Below the pieces are notes generated by a model that was not told the origin of the DNA, made no database searches, and saw nothing but the letters and a program-made list of their open reading frames with translations. 44,662 bases of DNA from Vectrevirus T145P2: sequence record OZ035802.1; one strand, written 5' to 3'. Position numbers and translations under genes: made by a program. Within the stretch, counting starts at the first letter, position 1. Every line of letters begins with the position of its first letter. Positions 44,514-44,662 of the stretch are shown here, in pieces.

Positions 44514-44662
44514 ATGATTAACTCCGAACTGGTAGATAGTGGTGTGAAGCTTGCGCCACCTGCACTCGTATCAGGTGGGTACTTCCTCGGTATCAGTTGG
44601 GATAATTGGGTGTTAATAGCAACATTCATTTATACCGTGTTGCAAATTGGGGACTGGTTTTA
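44514..44662 (+). CDS. T7-type class II holin (gp17.5-like), truncated by window end
   Basis: GGGGGTGGG RBS; MINSELVDSGVKLAPPALV then hydrophobic FLGISWDNWVLIATFIYTVLQI; joined to base 1 it ends at TAA 44..46 as a 65-aa protein. Confidence 0.65.
   Translation, partial: MINSELVDSGVKLAPPALVSGGYFLGISWDNWVLIATFIYTVLQIGDWF

Noticed and set aside
1-44662. Cellular defence island, integrase/lysogeny module, or tRNA genes
   Set aside because: None seen: no restriction-modification or other defence signatures, no integrase or repressor, and no tRNA cloverleaf candidates noticed by eye (a tRNAscan run would be needed to exclude tRNAs). The window is a lytic phage genome.

Overview
The window reads as a complete, circularly permuted genome (~44.7 kb) of an SP6-like podophage of the T7 supergroup, not a cellular locus. 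Every convincing gene is on the + strand. From the sequence I can support: an SP6-type single-subunit RNA polymerase, primase-helicase, family A DNA polymerase, FEN-like exonuclease, endonuclease VII, ATP-dependent ligase, then portal, scaffold, capsid, tail tube A/B and three internal virion proteins (one with a C-terminal T4-lysozyme-like domain), a short gp17-like adaptor, a T7-type holin that continues across the window join, and small and large terminase. After terminase come a lysis cassette (M15-type peptidase, lipoprotein spanin candidate) and two tailspikes: a pectate-lyase-fold spike and an endosialidase-like spike with two Asp-boxes and a C-terminal chaperone domain, suggesting a host with a polysialic acid (K1-type) capsule. 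Regulatory signals include about 13 copies of an SP6-like phage promoter (TTACTGGACACTATAGAAG), a family of GTCTCACATGTGAGAC palindromes, terminator-like hairpins, and a repeat-rich non-coding stretch at 8.1-9.2 kb that probably holds the genome termini. I do not see a cellular defence system, CRISPR array, tRNA or integrase. The novelty candidates are accessory genes: a GNAT acetyltransferase, a metallophosphoesterase, two tandem paralogous small proteins, a promoter/terminator-flanked 123-aa acidic protein, and a cluster of small acidic early proteins around an Ocr homolog. All homology calls are from reading the translations and from memory of T7/SP6 proteins; no search was run, and coordinates for ORFs I derived by hand may be off by a few bases.
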